A DNA stretch of 64,000 bases from Octopus sinensis (Eukaryota), in the NCBI RefSeq assembly GCF_006345805.1, contig NC_042998.1, positions 94,798,001-94,862,000 of the forward strand. The letters run 5' to 3'. A program made the position numbers and the translations under genes. The notes beneath the pieces were generated by a model. The model had not been told where the DNA came from and made no database searches. It was given only the letters and a program-made list of their open reading frames with translations. Positions 49,531 to 63,400 of the stretch are shown here, one piece after another; the stretch's first letter is position 1, and every line of letters starts with the position of its first letter.

Positions 49531-49712
49531 GTTTGCAAATCCAGTATCCAAGATACACTTTCAGCTTCATACCTGTTATTATTGGAGCAACAGGATACAT
49601 ACCAACCCATCTGGAGCAAAGTTGGTTAAACTAAGATTCTCTGGGAGAGAACGCAATTCCTTAATTCATACACTACAAATGATCATGATATCTAGGACTA
49701 TTAAGATTTAAA
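49531..49712 (+). pseudogene. Second R4-like C-terminal fragment
   Basis: LQIQYPRYTFSFIPVIIGATGYIPTHLEQ..SLIHTLQMIMISRTIKI, homologous to 48990-49190. Confidence 0.65.
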
Positions 49713-51442
49713 GAATGATGAACTAAACAAGATACTTTACTTCACAACTTTGCAACCAAGTAGGTGGCTGGTCAAAACTTTACTCTAAATTAAAAAGACG
49801 AAAAGAAGAACATACATATGCACCTACATACAGGCAGGCATATATAAATACATAAATACAAATACTTACAGTGTACCATAGACAAGGAAAATTTACAAAT
49901 TTATATCAGCTGAACATTAGGTTGAAAGAAGGGTGATGAAGTGAGGCAAAGATTGTAGCTTGTGAGCATGTCAATACAGTTAGATATATTTTGACTAAAG
50001 TTTGAAAGTGTGACTATCATAAAGTGAGTTTCTTCAATTTTGTTAGATATTCAATTAGCTATAAGAGGATAAAGATTAAATATCCGTGAGGAACTCTTTC
50101 AGTCGAGAATTGTTGAGATTGGGAAGCAATATCTATCTAATGTCTGATGGGTTAAGTATGCAGAAATGCTATAATCTGCACATTTTACAGCAATGGTATA
50201 AAAATATATGTTCACAGGTTTATCTATGCAATCTCAAAACTACTAAAAATTATCAGCTTTGTTTGTTTTGTTTTTTTAATCCAATAGTTATGATTGTATA
50301 CTGTATGAAATAATTTATTGTTTTATAGATACTTGGAATCTAGGAACTATTCACTACAAGTTAATTTTTATATACACTTTTTTTTCCATGCACAGTTATT
50401 GGTGCTACCATAGTTGTGTGGTTAAGAAGTTTCCTTCTCTACCATATGGCTTTGGGTTCATTTCCACAGCTAGCACTTTGGGTAGGTGTTTTTACAACTG
50501 CCTCAGGACAACTAAAGCCTTGTTGGTGGATTTGGTAGGCAGAATCTGAAGGAAGTCCCCTGTATACATATATAAATATTTGTATGTATGTGTTTGTGCC
50601 TTCTTGTCTTGACATCATGCAATAGCTGTAAAGGAGTGTCATCATCATACGAATGGTGGTCTTCATTTCCAATCTCCCATGAAAATATGTCTAGCTGTTG
50701 GAAAATATTACCTTGTTTGAAAACATATGATGGTTAGCAACAGGAAGGGCATCTAACTACAGAAAATCTACCTCAATGAATTTCATCCAACCCAGGTGTT
50801 CAGTAATAAGCAAGGTAGAATAGGGGATCCAAATTTCTCAGATTTGATCTTAGTTATTCAGAAGTATTAACGGATTATATTTTCTCCAGGGAAAATAAGT
50901 TATATGCCTAAGTTATTTTATTAAACAAACACTTTTTAATGTGAGCTTGTAAAGACAGGTTTTTGTAACATGTAACCACAATGTAGGAGAATTAAATGTT
51001 TCAGGTGAAATGAAATGGCTGATTGATGGCTAGATTGAACTTAAAAGCAAAATTTAAATATTATAATACATTACAGGTGTCAGTAGTGCTATGACAGGTG
51101 CAGGTATGGTTGAGTGATTTTGAAGTTTGCTTTGCAGTTGAGTATCCTAGGTTCAACTGCATGGCTCTTTGGGCAAGTGTCTTCTGCTATAGCTTCTGGC
51201 AAACAAATTCCTTATGAATGGAACTGGCAGGCAGAAAGCAACTACATGGAAGCTTATTACCCTGCACACATACACCCACAAATGTGTCTGTGCATATGGG
51301 TATGTATACACACACACACACACACACATGCACAAAACATGGGCGAAAATACACAATAAAATTAAGAAAATGATTGCAATATTTTTAGAAAAATTAAAGT
51401 AACAAGTGTGACATTTCATTTAAAGATTTCATCACTTTTCAC

Positions 51443-51478
<36 letters not shown>

Positions 51479-51516
51479 CATACTCATATGCATATGTACA
51501 TATTCATATACAGATA

Positions 51517-52807
51517 CGAGGGGCGTTCAATAAGTAATGCCCATGACCCACTTCCCATAGCAGTAGAGCAACGAAACTTGGCACAGTTATTAGTCTTTTT
51601 CTACATAGGAACCACTCAGAGTTACACATTTCTCCCATCGTTTGATGCAACTCTGGAGACCGTTTTTGTAGAAGACCCCAGCTTGGTCCTCCAACCACGA
51701 CGTGACTTCAGAAATCAAGGCTGCATCATCTGGGAAACGCTTTCCTTTCAAAAACAACTTTATGGCTGGAAGAGGTGAAAATCAGAGGGTGCAAGGTCAG
51801 GAGAGTAGGGGGATGGGGGAGGAGTTCATAGCCACACGCCTGTGCTTCTGATCTGGTGACACGCGAGTTGTAGACTGGAGTGTTGTCCTGCAGGAGGAGG
51901 ATGCCTTTGCTGATCTTGCCCCGCCTCTTGATTTTGATAGCTTCTCTTAATTTCCTCAAAAGTGAAGCATAATAGGTTCCTGTAATTGTGGTACCCTTTG
52001 CCAGGAAATCTGTCATCACTACTCCGTCCCGGTCCCAGAAAACTGTGAGCATGACCTTGCCAGCGGAGGGCTGCACCCTTGCCTTCTTTGGAGGAGGTGA
52101 GTCACGGTGCTTCCACTGCATTGACTGGGCTTTGGTCTCTGGATCATAGTGATGGACCCAGGTTTCATCCTGTGTAATCAGTCTTTTGAAAAATTTTGAC
52201 TCATCTTCTTGGCACATCTCCAAATTCATCCTCGAGCAATCGACGCGTTCTTGCTTCTGGAAAGGTGTGAGCAACCTGGGAATCCATCTGGCAGACACCT
52301 TTTGCATATGCAAATGGTCATGAATGATAGTTGCCACAGACCCGGTACTAAACTTGACCTCATGGGCTATTTGGCGAATAGTTATGCGTCGATCTTCCAA
52401 AATGGCAGCCTCAACTTGACGGACAGATGCCTCATCAATGGCAGAAGGGAGGCGACCAGATCTAGGAGCTGTTTCCACAGAGTTCCGACCATGTTTGAAT
52501 TCACGATGCCAGCGTTTTACAAGGTCATATGATGGGGCATCATCACCATAAGTTACTTTCATTTCATCAAAAGTCTCCCGTGGTGTGCGTCCTTTCAAAT
52601 ACAAAAACCGGATCACTGCTCGACACTCAACAGGCTCCATTTCACACTTGACTCAGTTCAAACACCTGTATATCAGAAACCACAATTAGTTCAGAGCTGT
52701 AATTTGCCATCTAATCTATAGAGATATAAATAATTGCACATGTAAATTTTCAGCTAGATCAAACAACTGCAAGTGGGTCAGAGGCATTACTTATTGAACG
52801 CCCCTCG
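51517..52807 (-). mobile_element. Full-length mariner element
   Basis: 1291 bp with TA on both sides. The 37-bp TIRs (cgaggggcgttcaataagtaatgcc..gacccactt) have 2 mismatches. Confidence 0.95.
51590..52640 (-). CDS. Mariner DD34D transposase with two 1-nt deletions near the C-terminus
   Basis: WIPRLL, TQDETW and QDNTP are in the 304-aa ORF. YSPDLAPSDF and FLKGKRF..YVEKD* appear after adding one base in the G runs at 51808-51812 and 51768-51769. Confidence 0.85.
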
Positions 52808-54344
52808 TATATATGATTATTAGTGTTGTTTTAATGTCCACTTTTCTGTGTTTGTAGCAGTCTAATGGAATTCATTAAGGCAAATTTTCTGCAGTTCAAT
52901 GACTTTGCTGTTGCCACTTTTGCTTATTTCCAAGTCAGATAATATTTACCCATGACCAAACATGCTTTTATGGAGGATTAGAAACAAATGATACAACCTG
53001 TTTAACTGTGACACTCATTTACAAATATTACATGACATCAAGACAAGGAAGTGAACACACACACACACACACACATACAGACACACACATGGCAGGCTTC
53101 TTTTAGTTTCCATCTGCTAAATCCACTTACAAGGCTTTCATTAGCCTGGACCTATAGTAGAAAAGACTTGCGGTTAGGAAGAAAACATCTTAACCACACA
53201 GCCATGTCAGAACTTATGTGTGTGTATGTTCATGAAGTTGTCACATCCCCTGCTTCACATGTGGTCACCTGATCAACAAATGGTGTTGTATTTACATTCC
53301 TGGTAGCCATTGTATTTTATAGTTCTGTTGTTTTGAACTTTTGTGGTTGATGACATGGATAATATCCAACTTTAAAATACTGCCTCAAATAAGTGTCTGT
53401 CCAACATACACCAAAAAAAACAAAAACAAATGTGAGCTTAAATGATACGAGTGAGCAAGCTATAAGCATTCTTTCTTATATTCTTTTATTCTTTTACTGG
53501 TTTCAGTCGTTTGACTGTGGCCATGCTGGAGCACTGCCTTAAAGGGTTTCAGTCGAAGAAATCAACCCCCAGAGTTTATTCTTTGTAATCTTAGTACTCA
53601 TTCTATCAGTCTCTTTTGCTGAAATGCTAAGTTGCAGGGGCATAAACACACCAGCATCAGTTGTCAAGTAATGGTAGGGGTTGGGGTGGGGAAACAAACA
53701 CAGACACGTGCACACATAAATATATACATATATATAACAAGCTTCTTTCAGTTTCCATCTATCAAATCTACTTGCAAGGCTTTGATTGGCCTGATGCTAT
53801 AGTAGAAGATACTTGTCCAAGGTGCCATGGAGTGAGACTGAACCCTGAACCATGTGGTTGGGAAGCAAGCTTCTTACCACACAGCCATGCCTGCACCTAT
53901 GTGACCAAATTAATCATATACAAAAATATATATTTAGCCATGTTATACAATAATTGTCTGTTCATGACCCATGGAGTGAATATGTCCATTTGATCAGTAA
54001 AGAGTCATAATTTTGATCTAGTTGGGTCTAATCCAGCTTTAGTGCATTCTAAACCAGGTGTGTACACATACTCCTTCTCTCTCTCTCTCTCTCTCAAACA
54101 CACACATTCCCTCTCTCTCTCTGTTTCCCTCTTCCCTATATATCTCTGTCTCTTTCTCTCTCAATCTCTGTATTTCTATCTGTCTGTCTGTCAGTCTGTG
54201 TGTCTCTCTCTCTTTCATTGTCAGGACTTAAAAATATACCAATGTATGATAAAAATTATATTATTTCTATAAGAATATATATTTAGCTCTGCATTAAAAT
54301 TGCATTAGAATAAAAGCATGTTTGTATATGTATATACATACATG

Positions 54345-54390
<46 letters not shown>

Positions 54391-54460
54391 AGAGTAAACA
54401 CATAAATGTGAAACAAGGTGGAAAAAAAGAGTACTCAAATACCAGTGGTAGAGTAATATG

Positions 54461-54589
54461 CTTTATTTAAAGCAGCAGAAAATTCAACAAAATCTGTTAC
54501 TCTGAGTTTCTCGTTGCCGTTCATCATGAACGGCAACGAGAAACTCAGAGTAACAGATTTTGTTGAATTTTCTGCTGCTTTAAATAAAG
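54461..54589. repeat. Perfect palindrome (64-bp arms, 1-nt spacer) centred in a hammerhead core
   Basis: The left arm ends ccgttcat (54524) and the right arm reads atgaacggcaacgagaaactcagagtaacag. Confidence 0.9.
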
Positions 54590-54704
54590 TATATATATAT
54601 ATATATATATAAAGTTAATCCAAACGGGAAAACAGAGAAAACAACAACACGTGGAACAATTAAAGTATTATTATTAGGCGCTCAGGAAAAAGGGAAGAAG
54701 GAGG

Positions 54705-54741
54705 GTATGACGTTTCGAGCGGAGCTCTTTGTCGGAACATA
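54705..54741 (-). ncRNA. Degenerate hammerhead-like motif
   Basis: CCGACAAA GAGC UCC GCUC GAAAC GUC. Core and stem I are poorly conserved. Confidence 0.25.
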
Positions 54742-54822
54742 AGAGAAGGAAGAAAGAAAGATCCCGAGGTGGGCGAACGGAGGGAAAAAAACGCGACTGG
54801 TTTTTACAAAGTAAACATGCTG

Positions 54823-54940
<118 letters not shown>

Positions 54941-55984
54941 CACATACACGTGGAGGCGCAATGGCCTAGTGGTTAGGGCAGCGGACTAGCGGTTGTAGGA
55001 TCACGGTTTCAATTCTCAGACCGGGCGTTGTGAGTGTTTATTGAGCGAAAACACCTAAAGCTCCACGAAGCTCTGGCAGGGGGAGGTGGCAATCCCTGCT
55101 GTACTCTTTCGCCACAACTTTCTCTCACTCTTTCTTCTGTTGGCCTGCTCGCTTAGCCAGCTGGGTGGCATTGTGACCAGCGATGTGTAGCAACATCTGA
55201 TAGCCTGGTCGGTCACGGTGATCACGGTGATATACACACACACATGCATATGTATATATGTGTGTGTATACACACAAACACATGATGAAGGTGTGCAAGC
55301 TAAAACTTTGGTCACTGTCAACCTCTTTCTTGTAGATATTGAATGTATACCCTACTAAAAATTATTGAATGATCCTTCAGTATAATCTTAAATAGTTTGT
55401 TTTTGTGTTTAGCTTGACATAAACAGCCGTACATACACATAAAGAGCAGTACAAGAAGTTAGTAAGCATCAAGCATGTACACAGCTTGTATAGATGACAA
55501 AAAATGGATAATATATGACAAAGAAAATTTGATAACTGGCATATATTCTACACTTTGTATTATATTTCAATATGCTAACAGCCACTGTACAACTCACCAT
55601 TTGGCGATGAAAATTGCTAATAATGCAAATATAAATTGAAAAGTGTAAGGAATGGAAAAGGTAAATAAAGACTACATATGTTTCAAAGCTAGACTTGATA
55701 TATTTTACATAACTTATAACCAATACTAAAACAGTGTAGTTAATCTTCAGGTCCAATTACCAGCAGTTGTTTATATCATCACATGGGAAAGACTCATCTC
55801 AATGTGATGATGTAAACAGCCACCAGTAATTTGACCTGAGGGTTAGCTAAACTATTTTAGTATTTGTTATAAGTTATGTAAAATATATCAAGTCTAGATT
55901 TGAAACATATGTAGTCTTTATTTACCTTTTCTATTCCTTACAATCTGTCATATAAGCACATATGTATATGTATATATATGTATG

Positions 55985-56020
<36 letters not shown>

Positions 56021-56029
56021 ATATATATG

Positions 56030-56264
56030 TAAGAAATTAAAAAAGGAAAATACGCACACTTACATGGTTTTAATATGATTTTTAATATATTGACCGGTTT
56101 CGCAATCGCTATTCATGATATAATGTTTAATTTATATGAATATATAATTTATATTCATATAAATTAAACATTATATCATGAATAGCGATTGCAAAACCGG
56201 TCGATATATTAAAAATTATATTAAAACCATGTAAGTGTGCGTATATTCCTTTTTTAATTTCTTA
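56030..56264. repeat. ~235-bp palindrome containing half a hammerhead (GAAAC CG GTC)
   Basis: ~115-bp arms with a few substitutions, including tttcg/ttttg and tcgac/ttgac. Confidence 0.85.
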
Positions 56265-56315
56265 TATACATTACAATTCACCACGTGGGGACAACCGAAA
56301 TTCCTCTTTTCTGTT

Positions 56316-56380
<65 letters not shown>

Positions 56381-57894
56381 TGGCGTAATACTTTCTTTTA
56401 TTGTTTGGCTGGTTTCAGACATTGAACTCCAGCCATGATGAGGTACCAATTAGTATGATTATTGACTACACTCCATTTCTTTTCACTCTTGTACTTCTTT
56501 TATTTATTTGTATTTATTGAATGGTCGAATTACTTTTCGATGATACATGAAGGTGCAGGTATGGTAGTGTGGATATGGAATTTACTTCAAAACCACGTAG
56601 TTTTGGGTTCTCTCCTACTGTGTGACACCTTGGACAAGTATCACTGATTGTATAGCTTTGGCCTGATCAACATCTTATCAATGAAACTGGTACACAGAAT
56701 CTAAAACCTCATGTATGTGTGCATGTTTGTGAGTGTATATGTGTGTGTGTGTGTGTGCATGTGTGAGTGTGTGCATGTGTGTGTGTGTGTAATAAATGTT
56801 TACTTTCCATGCATCTTTGCAATGATAATGTCATGTTTACTTCCATAAATAAAACATCCTGTAGTTCAATGTTGTTTTTTTTTGCGAAGACTTGCAGCAT
56901 AAAAGGTACCATTATAAAAAACAGGTAATGGTTGGCAACAGTAAGGACATCCAGCTGTTGGATCCTGCATTAATAATTCTCAGCCAGAGGAAGAGGATGA
57001 GATAACTTGATATGCTCTTTATGGTAGTATACACAAATATAAATATGCATGCATATTGTCATCATTTTACATCAGGTTCAAGTAAGTTTTACTCTGGGGT
57101 TACTGCTCTCCTAGGCATGGTTCCTCAACTATGCATCACGCATCTATCATCCTTTTGCCATGATTTCCATCAACAGATTCCCTTCACAACACCAACCACA
57201 TTACAGAGTGTACTGGGTGCATTTTATAGTGGTACCATCATTACAGAGGCTGTTATGTCCTTAACAAAGCAAAAGATAAAAGTGTTCTGATCCTGAAATA
57301 TCTCTGTTTATTTTCCAATCACTTTACAGAATGAACTGGGTACACTTTTTTCTTAGCATCAGCACTAGAGAGGTTGTCATGTTTTTGACAAGGCAAGACT
57401 AAGTGTTTTCTTGAACCTATGATGTTTCCACTCATACCTCAACATGTACTGAGTGCATATTATCATAGCACCAGCACTTGCAAAATTACCTTATTGACAA
57501 CTGGCTTCTAATTAATTTCTGTTTACCAAATTCTACATGCAAGTTTTGGTAAACTAAAGATAACAGTGGAAGACATTTACCCAAGTTGTTTAAGGGTGGA
57601 ATCACACCTAGAACCATGTTCTAACTAGTTGGCTAGGCATGCACTTACATATGTTTCATTGATTAATAAATTGAATTTATAAAACTTTTACAGAATAGTA
57701 TATTTTTGTGGTAAGAACCATAAGATTAACACTAGAGCAATAACTTCATATGTATATAACAGTAAAGTGGAATAAAATGAATTTAAAAAATTAGAAAAAC
57801 TGAACAATGATATCAAGTTTAGTGACAAAATCCACTGCAGAGAAAATAATTTTAGTTTTAAATCAGAAATGTGATTGAATATCTTTCTACTAAC

Positions 57895-57993
57895 CATTAG
57901 AGATTTTGATCTTGAGTGCCATAAAATATTTTCATTTGAATCTGTCAAAGATTTAGACTTCAAGTTGGTATCTATTGTGGAATCAGAATATGG
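57895..57993 (-). CDS. Candidate host exon, PYSDSTIDTNLKSKSLTDSNENILWHSRSKSLM
   Basis: AG at 57994-57995, 33 open codons and a GTTAGT donor. The acceptor is weak. Confidence 0.2.
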
Positions 57994-60900
57994 CTATGGT
58001 TCTAAACAATTTTAATGGTTGTAATTATTCAAATTACTAATATCTCCATTAGCAGCAACTACATTAACAGAAACAACAAAAATTTAGATTATTTCACTTA
58101 ATTTATAACTGTATTTTTTTTCTATTGTAATAGCCTTTTTGGAAACATGGAACTGAAACAGAATTCTATTAATTCTGTATTTCTGTGAGGACTTTTCTAT
58201 TTTAAAAATTTCCATTTCAGTTTTCTAAGATATTTTCTAAAATAATGCACCAGGAAATATCAAACTGAGCTAGTTATTTTAGTGATACTTCAAAACAAAA
58301 TCTAAAAGAGAAAGCGAGAGAGAGAGAGGGGGGGGGAGAGAAAGAGAGCGAGAGAAAAGGAGAAAAAGAAAAGATAAATTCATTATCAGAAAAATCCAAA
58401 TTTAGTTATATGCCAGTGTCATTTTAAGTAAGCCTCTGTGAAAATTTAAAATTTTAGTTAGTTTTCTTCAATCATTCTGAGGTCATTAAGTTTCTGAGTC
58501 TTATTCATAGCTTAAACTGAAAGTAAATATCACAGCCATGAAAATTTGTATTCTGCTTTTAGTAGACTTGGTGAGAATAGTATTGGAAACAACAATGGTA
58601 GCAGCAGAGCTATGTATCATTGGATAGGTTGCATACTCTACATGATAGTCTATAACTACAAACATGAAGATATATTTCCATATCTAGAATCGAACTAAAT
58701 CACCAGCTCTATAGAGATTATAGAAGCTTTCTTCAATATTATTTAATGTAGAAAAGCCTATTAATCATAGATTTTACTACCTTGTTAATTAAATTAATAA
58801 TTCCTATCTAAGTTAATTTAAAACTAACTTCATAAAATCAATTTATTTAAAATATGTACACTATTAATACAGAGTAATTGGAATAATCTAAGAAAATCTA
58901 CCACAGAATATTGCAGGAAATCAACAATAGAACCTGCGAAAAACTGAAATACTCTAATCAATACAGAAATATGTAATAGTACAGTAACAACAACTTTGGT
59001 AGTATTGATGTGAAAGAATGTCAGATTTGGTTATACCTTTGGACATAAGATATAATGAGATTCCTGAAGTTTGGTATGAAACTTAAGAGTATGGTTGGAT
59101 AAAAGAAATGCATTTATTTTATTCCAGTAAATGTTGAATTCATTATTGTAAATATAAACCTAAATGTTGGACAGTAAGAGTGAAATATAGAGAACTAGTC
59201 TGTTGTTTCTTTTAAACTTATGTGTGGTGTATGGAGAAGATAAACAATTGTGTTAGGAAGATATAACTTGCTGGTCTTATTCTATGGTAGAAGCAGTGAA
59301 AGAGAACTGCTGTGTTACTTAGGTATATAATATAAGCTAGCTAACTTGTGTGTTGGAAGTATTGATAGAAAACTACTGCATCACATGTGTTGTAACACAT
59401 AGCTCTCCTCTTTGTGTGATAGTGATATTTGAAATAAAGTTAAAACTTACTTCATCAATTGTCTATAGTAATGTAGAATTAGTCTATTTTAATTACATAA
59501 TAGATTTTGCATAGTATTGATAATATTAAGGTGTGACAGGAATATGAATAATTGATTTTTTTTTTATTTACACGAGCACAAAACCTTTAAATTTAATAGA
59601 ATACAAATGAGTAGTAGAGTCAGTTATGCCTTTTCTAATGGGATTATATTAATATTTCCTTTTTACAATTACTTATCACCTGTCTTCATCCTCTTTTTTT
59701 CCCTTGCTGTCTAGGTGCAGGATGACTGAAAACAAAGCGAAACTAATTGACAATACTTGCTTCTATCATTAAATAAGTGCTTTCAGCAAGGTGAAAATCA
59801 ATTCTTGGTTAATTGCCTTGTATCTTGTATTATTTATGGACTGTAGTGTTAATCCATTGATTATAGAGGCAACACTGGAGACTTGGTCTTTATGAACAAG
59901 TCACCTTGACAGAACCTGTCTCCCTATCTCTCCAAGCTTCACCCAGAGGAAGGGTTAAAGTCAACACTTTAACATCTCAACTAGAGACAGCACAGTTCCA
60001 GTGATAGGAAGTAAACCATTGACCTTTCAGTAATTGTCTTGAAACCAGTTCTAAAATTAATTTTCTGACTAATTAATGTTAATTAATGTTAACCAAGATC
60101 ATCAGCTTTATGGATGAACACAAATTTTTTTTTGTTTAACTCTATGATGGAAAGTCTTCATTAAAGGCCATTTGATGTAGTATCATTCTTTGACTCTAGC
60201 ATTCACTGAAAGCGATTAGTTTCCCAATACATAATTCAGGTTTTGTCTGCAAATCAATATCAAAGCTATATTGGTGTATTTGTAATTTTGCATTTGTCTG
60301 GTTCCAGTGGAAGACATAGGCCTTTAAAATGGTGTTATAGTATTGTTCAAATAGTATTGATGTATCTAGATATTTGCAGTTTATTGGTCCATGTAAGCTC
60401 AAGCACACAATACCAAAAGGCACATAAGAAAAGAATTGAGAGATTATGATTTTCATACTTTCCATAAGCAAAAGTAATTTAAACTAAGAATCAAAATTGA
60501 ACCAGGAATTTTGTATTGGATTTACATCCTCACCAACAAGGGAGCTTCAACACATTCTCTCAACTGGCTACAGCTAACATGTAAATATTCCTCAAATCCA
60601 ACCCTTCAAAAACATGCTCAATAGTATAGTCGTAGATACATTGTCTGATAAACAAAAATAAATAAATAAAATTGAGGTCATAGGCGATATATCTAAGACA
60701 GTGCTGGCCTGGGGATAAGCTATAACAACAATTACTGCTACACCATGGCACCTCCCAATATTGAAACCGTTAATTATAAGAATTTCCCAAATTAGCACAA
60801 AGCCACAAATTCCTAGGGGAGATAACTAAACCTATAACAGCATGTCACTGGAACTTATTTAATCTACTACAGTGGGGTGGTGGTGGGGAATTTCACTCAG

Positions 60901-62079
60901 AACATAATACTCTAAATTACTCTATTGCTGCCATGCCATTGCTCTCAAAATAATTGTTTCTAACTTAGGTACAAAGTTACAAATTTGGTGGGAGGGGATT
61001 AGTCAATGACAGTGACTCCAGTACTCGAATGGTACTTTTATCAACACTGGAAGACTAGAAGATAAAGTTGACCTCAGTGAGATTTGAACTTTACTGATTT
61101 CAAAATAAGAATGGTTTATTTTACTTAAGCACAAGGTTTTAAGTATGGTCAATTTGTGATTTTTGTTCATTACTGATTCATATTTTATGGCATCTCAATG
61201 GAGGAAACAAAGAGTTAACAACCCTCTATGGTTTCAGTTCTAGGAATAATACTACAAATACTACATATTCGTTTTAGAGAGGAAATGGGATGTTGTAGTA
61301 TTCATTCAATTCTCAAGGGAATGACTGTAATATAATACAGACTGTCTTTTGTACAGAAATACATTGTTCCGAGATCTAACAAAACTCTGAATTCTCTCAG
61401 CTTTTTCTTATCTTCATAACTATAATTTTACTACTACTATGTCCAATATTAAATACATCAATTAATTATTTAGAAATTTTCAATATCTTCTACTAACCAG
61501 AGAAGTTTATGGGAGTTATATGATGGGTGCTTCTGTTGATAAGTACTCCTGTACAGATTATGCATCTAAAATTGTGGATTTATCACTCAGGTAGAGATTA
61601 CATTGTATTGCATTTGTACTAATTACTGACATTTAATGTATTAAGTATTTAATGTATTATGATATTAAACACATAAGTATATATATATGTTTAATGTAGC
61701 AAGTATTAAGTATTTAATGTATTAAGATATTTAATGTATTAAACACAGTATTAAAACACTTCAGCTATGGCCATCCCATTTTGAATGTCTTGGAAAGAAA
61801 ATGCTATCAAAGAAAGGTTGGTTTTTGATCAACAATGAAAAGAGGAAAAATTTATGATTATTGGTGAGGCAAACAGCAACAAGTCTGGCTGGAAGATCAG
61901 ACTCTAGAGAGCATTGATTTGCTTATTTACCTGTGCACTAACATTGCTACATATGTTAAACTTGGAAAGTGATGTGGTGAAGGGACTTAGTGAAGTCACA
62001 GCTTTAAAAAGATTAGGGATAGCCTCTCACAAGTGGAAGCCAAAGATGAGACATAGAAGAAGGCTAAGCAGACCTCAGC

Positions 62080-63400
62080 AGCAATACTGTGTCTAGTGAG
62101 TCAGATATTAATTTACAGATCAGCAAAGCTTGGGTAGCACTTCAAAGTTTCAACACAATATGGAAATCTAAGGTCTCGAAGAATCTGAAAAGAAACGTCA
62201 TCTTCACACTGTTGGATTTGTGCTGCTTTATGACTCTTCCATCAGGATACTAACCATAAAACCTGAAACTATGCTACATGTGCACACTTCCTACCATTTT
62301 GAATGGGTCCTGGACAGAACACCTCACTAATAGAAGATTATAGAATAAACTTCCTAAAGTTTCAGACACATTTAGTGAATGAAGAATTCATATTTACTGT
62401 ACCCTGTTGGTAATGCAAGAAACAACCATTTAGTGAGGCTTACACCCAACTTTGGACACCTCAGCATAGCCATAATCATCTTTGTAGCTCTGTGAAGACA
62501 TATTGGGTGTGGCATATAGATTTATCTATTATTTAAATATGCCAGTGGCACGTAAAAAGCACCATATGAACATGGTCGATGACAGTGCAGCCTGACTGGT
62601 CCCATGCTTGTGGCACGTAAAAAGCACCATTTGAGCATGGTCATTGCTAGCGCCACCTGGCTGGCTCCCATGCCGGTAGCATGTAAAAAGCACCATTCAA
62701 GTGTGGTCAATGCCAGTACTGCCTGACTGGCCCCCATGCCTGTGGCACATAAAAAAGCACTCACTATACTCTCAGAATGGTTGGTGTTAGGAAGGGCATC
62801 CAGCTGTAGAAATCTTGACAGATCAGATTGGAGGCTGGTGCAGCCTCCTGGCTTGCCAGTCCTTAGTTAAACCATCCAGCCCATGCCAGTATGGCAAGCA
62901 GATGTTAAACGATGATGGTGATGACGATGATTATGATGATGATGAATTCACCCATTTTTCAACCATAAATTAAAACATTCTTATTTGCAAAAATAGTTGC
63001 AAATGTATGCTTTCTAACATTCTTTTTACAGTGGCTCAAACAAGATACAAACAAATTGTAACATTGAAAATGGCTGATATAAAGAACTGCAAGGTGATAA
63101 AACTATAAAATGATGATTAAGGGCTATGGTGAAAGAAAAGATGGTTACTCTGAATTGTAAATATATGTGTAATATATTGTTAATAAATATAAGAATCATC
63201 TTGTAAACTTTCATTAATCAAGACTTAAACATTTTTTATTGTATGATAAAATGAATAATGAGTGAATATATATGTTGTACCTGGTACATCAATCACTTAA
63301 CAGATAACAGCAGATGCCACCAAGAACTGTCACATGCCATGGAAGATAAAAATGGTTGGAGGATCAATCTCATGCTAATCTGAGCAAGCTTAATTTACAG
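62080..63400 (+). pseudogene. Old RTE-type RT C-terminal relic, interrupted by a younger RTE tail
   Basis: SESDINLQISKAWVALQSFNTIWKSKVSKNLKRN, SWTEHLTN..LPKVSDT (62080-62400) and QELSHAMEDKNGWRINLMLI (~63300-63385). Confidence 0.6.

Noticed and set aside
59715-59790. Plus-strand exon (strong acceptor, AAG|GTGAAA donor)
   Set aside because: All three frames are closed. It could be a UTR or lncRNA exon, but sequence alone cannot support that.
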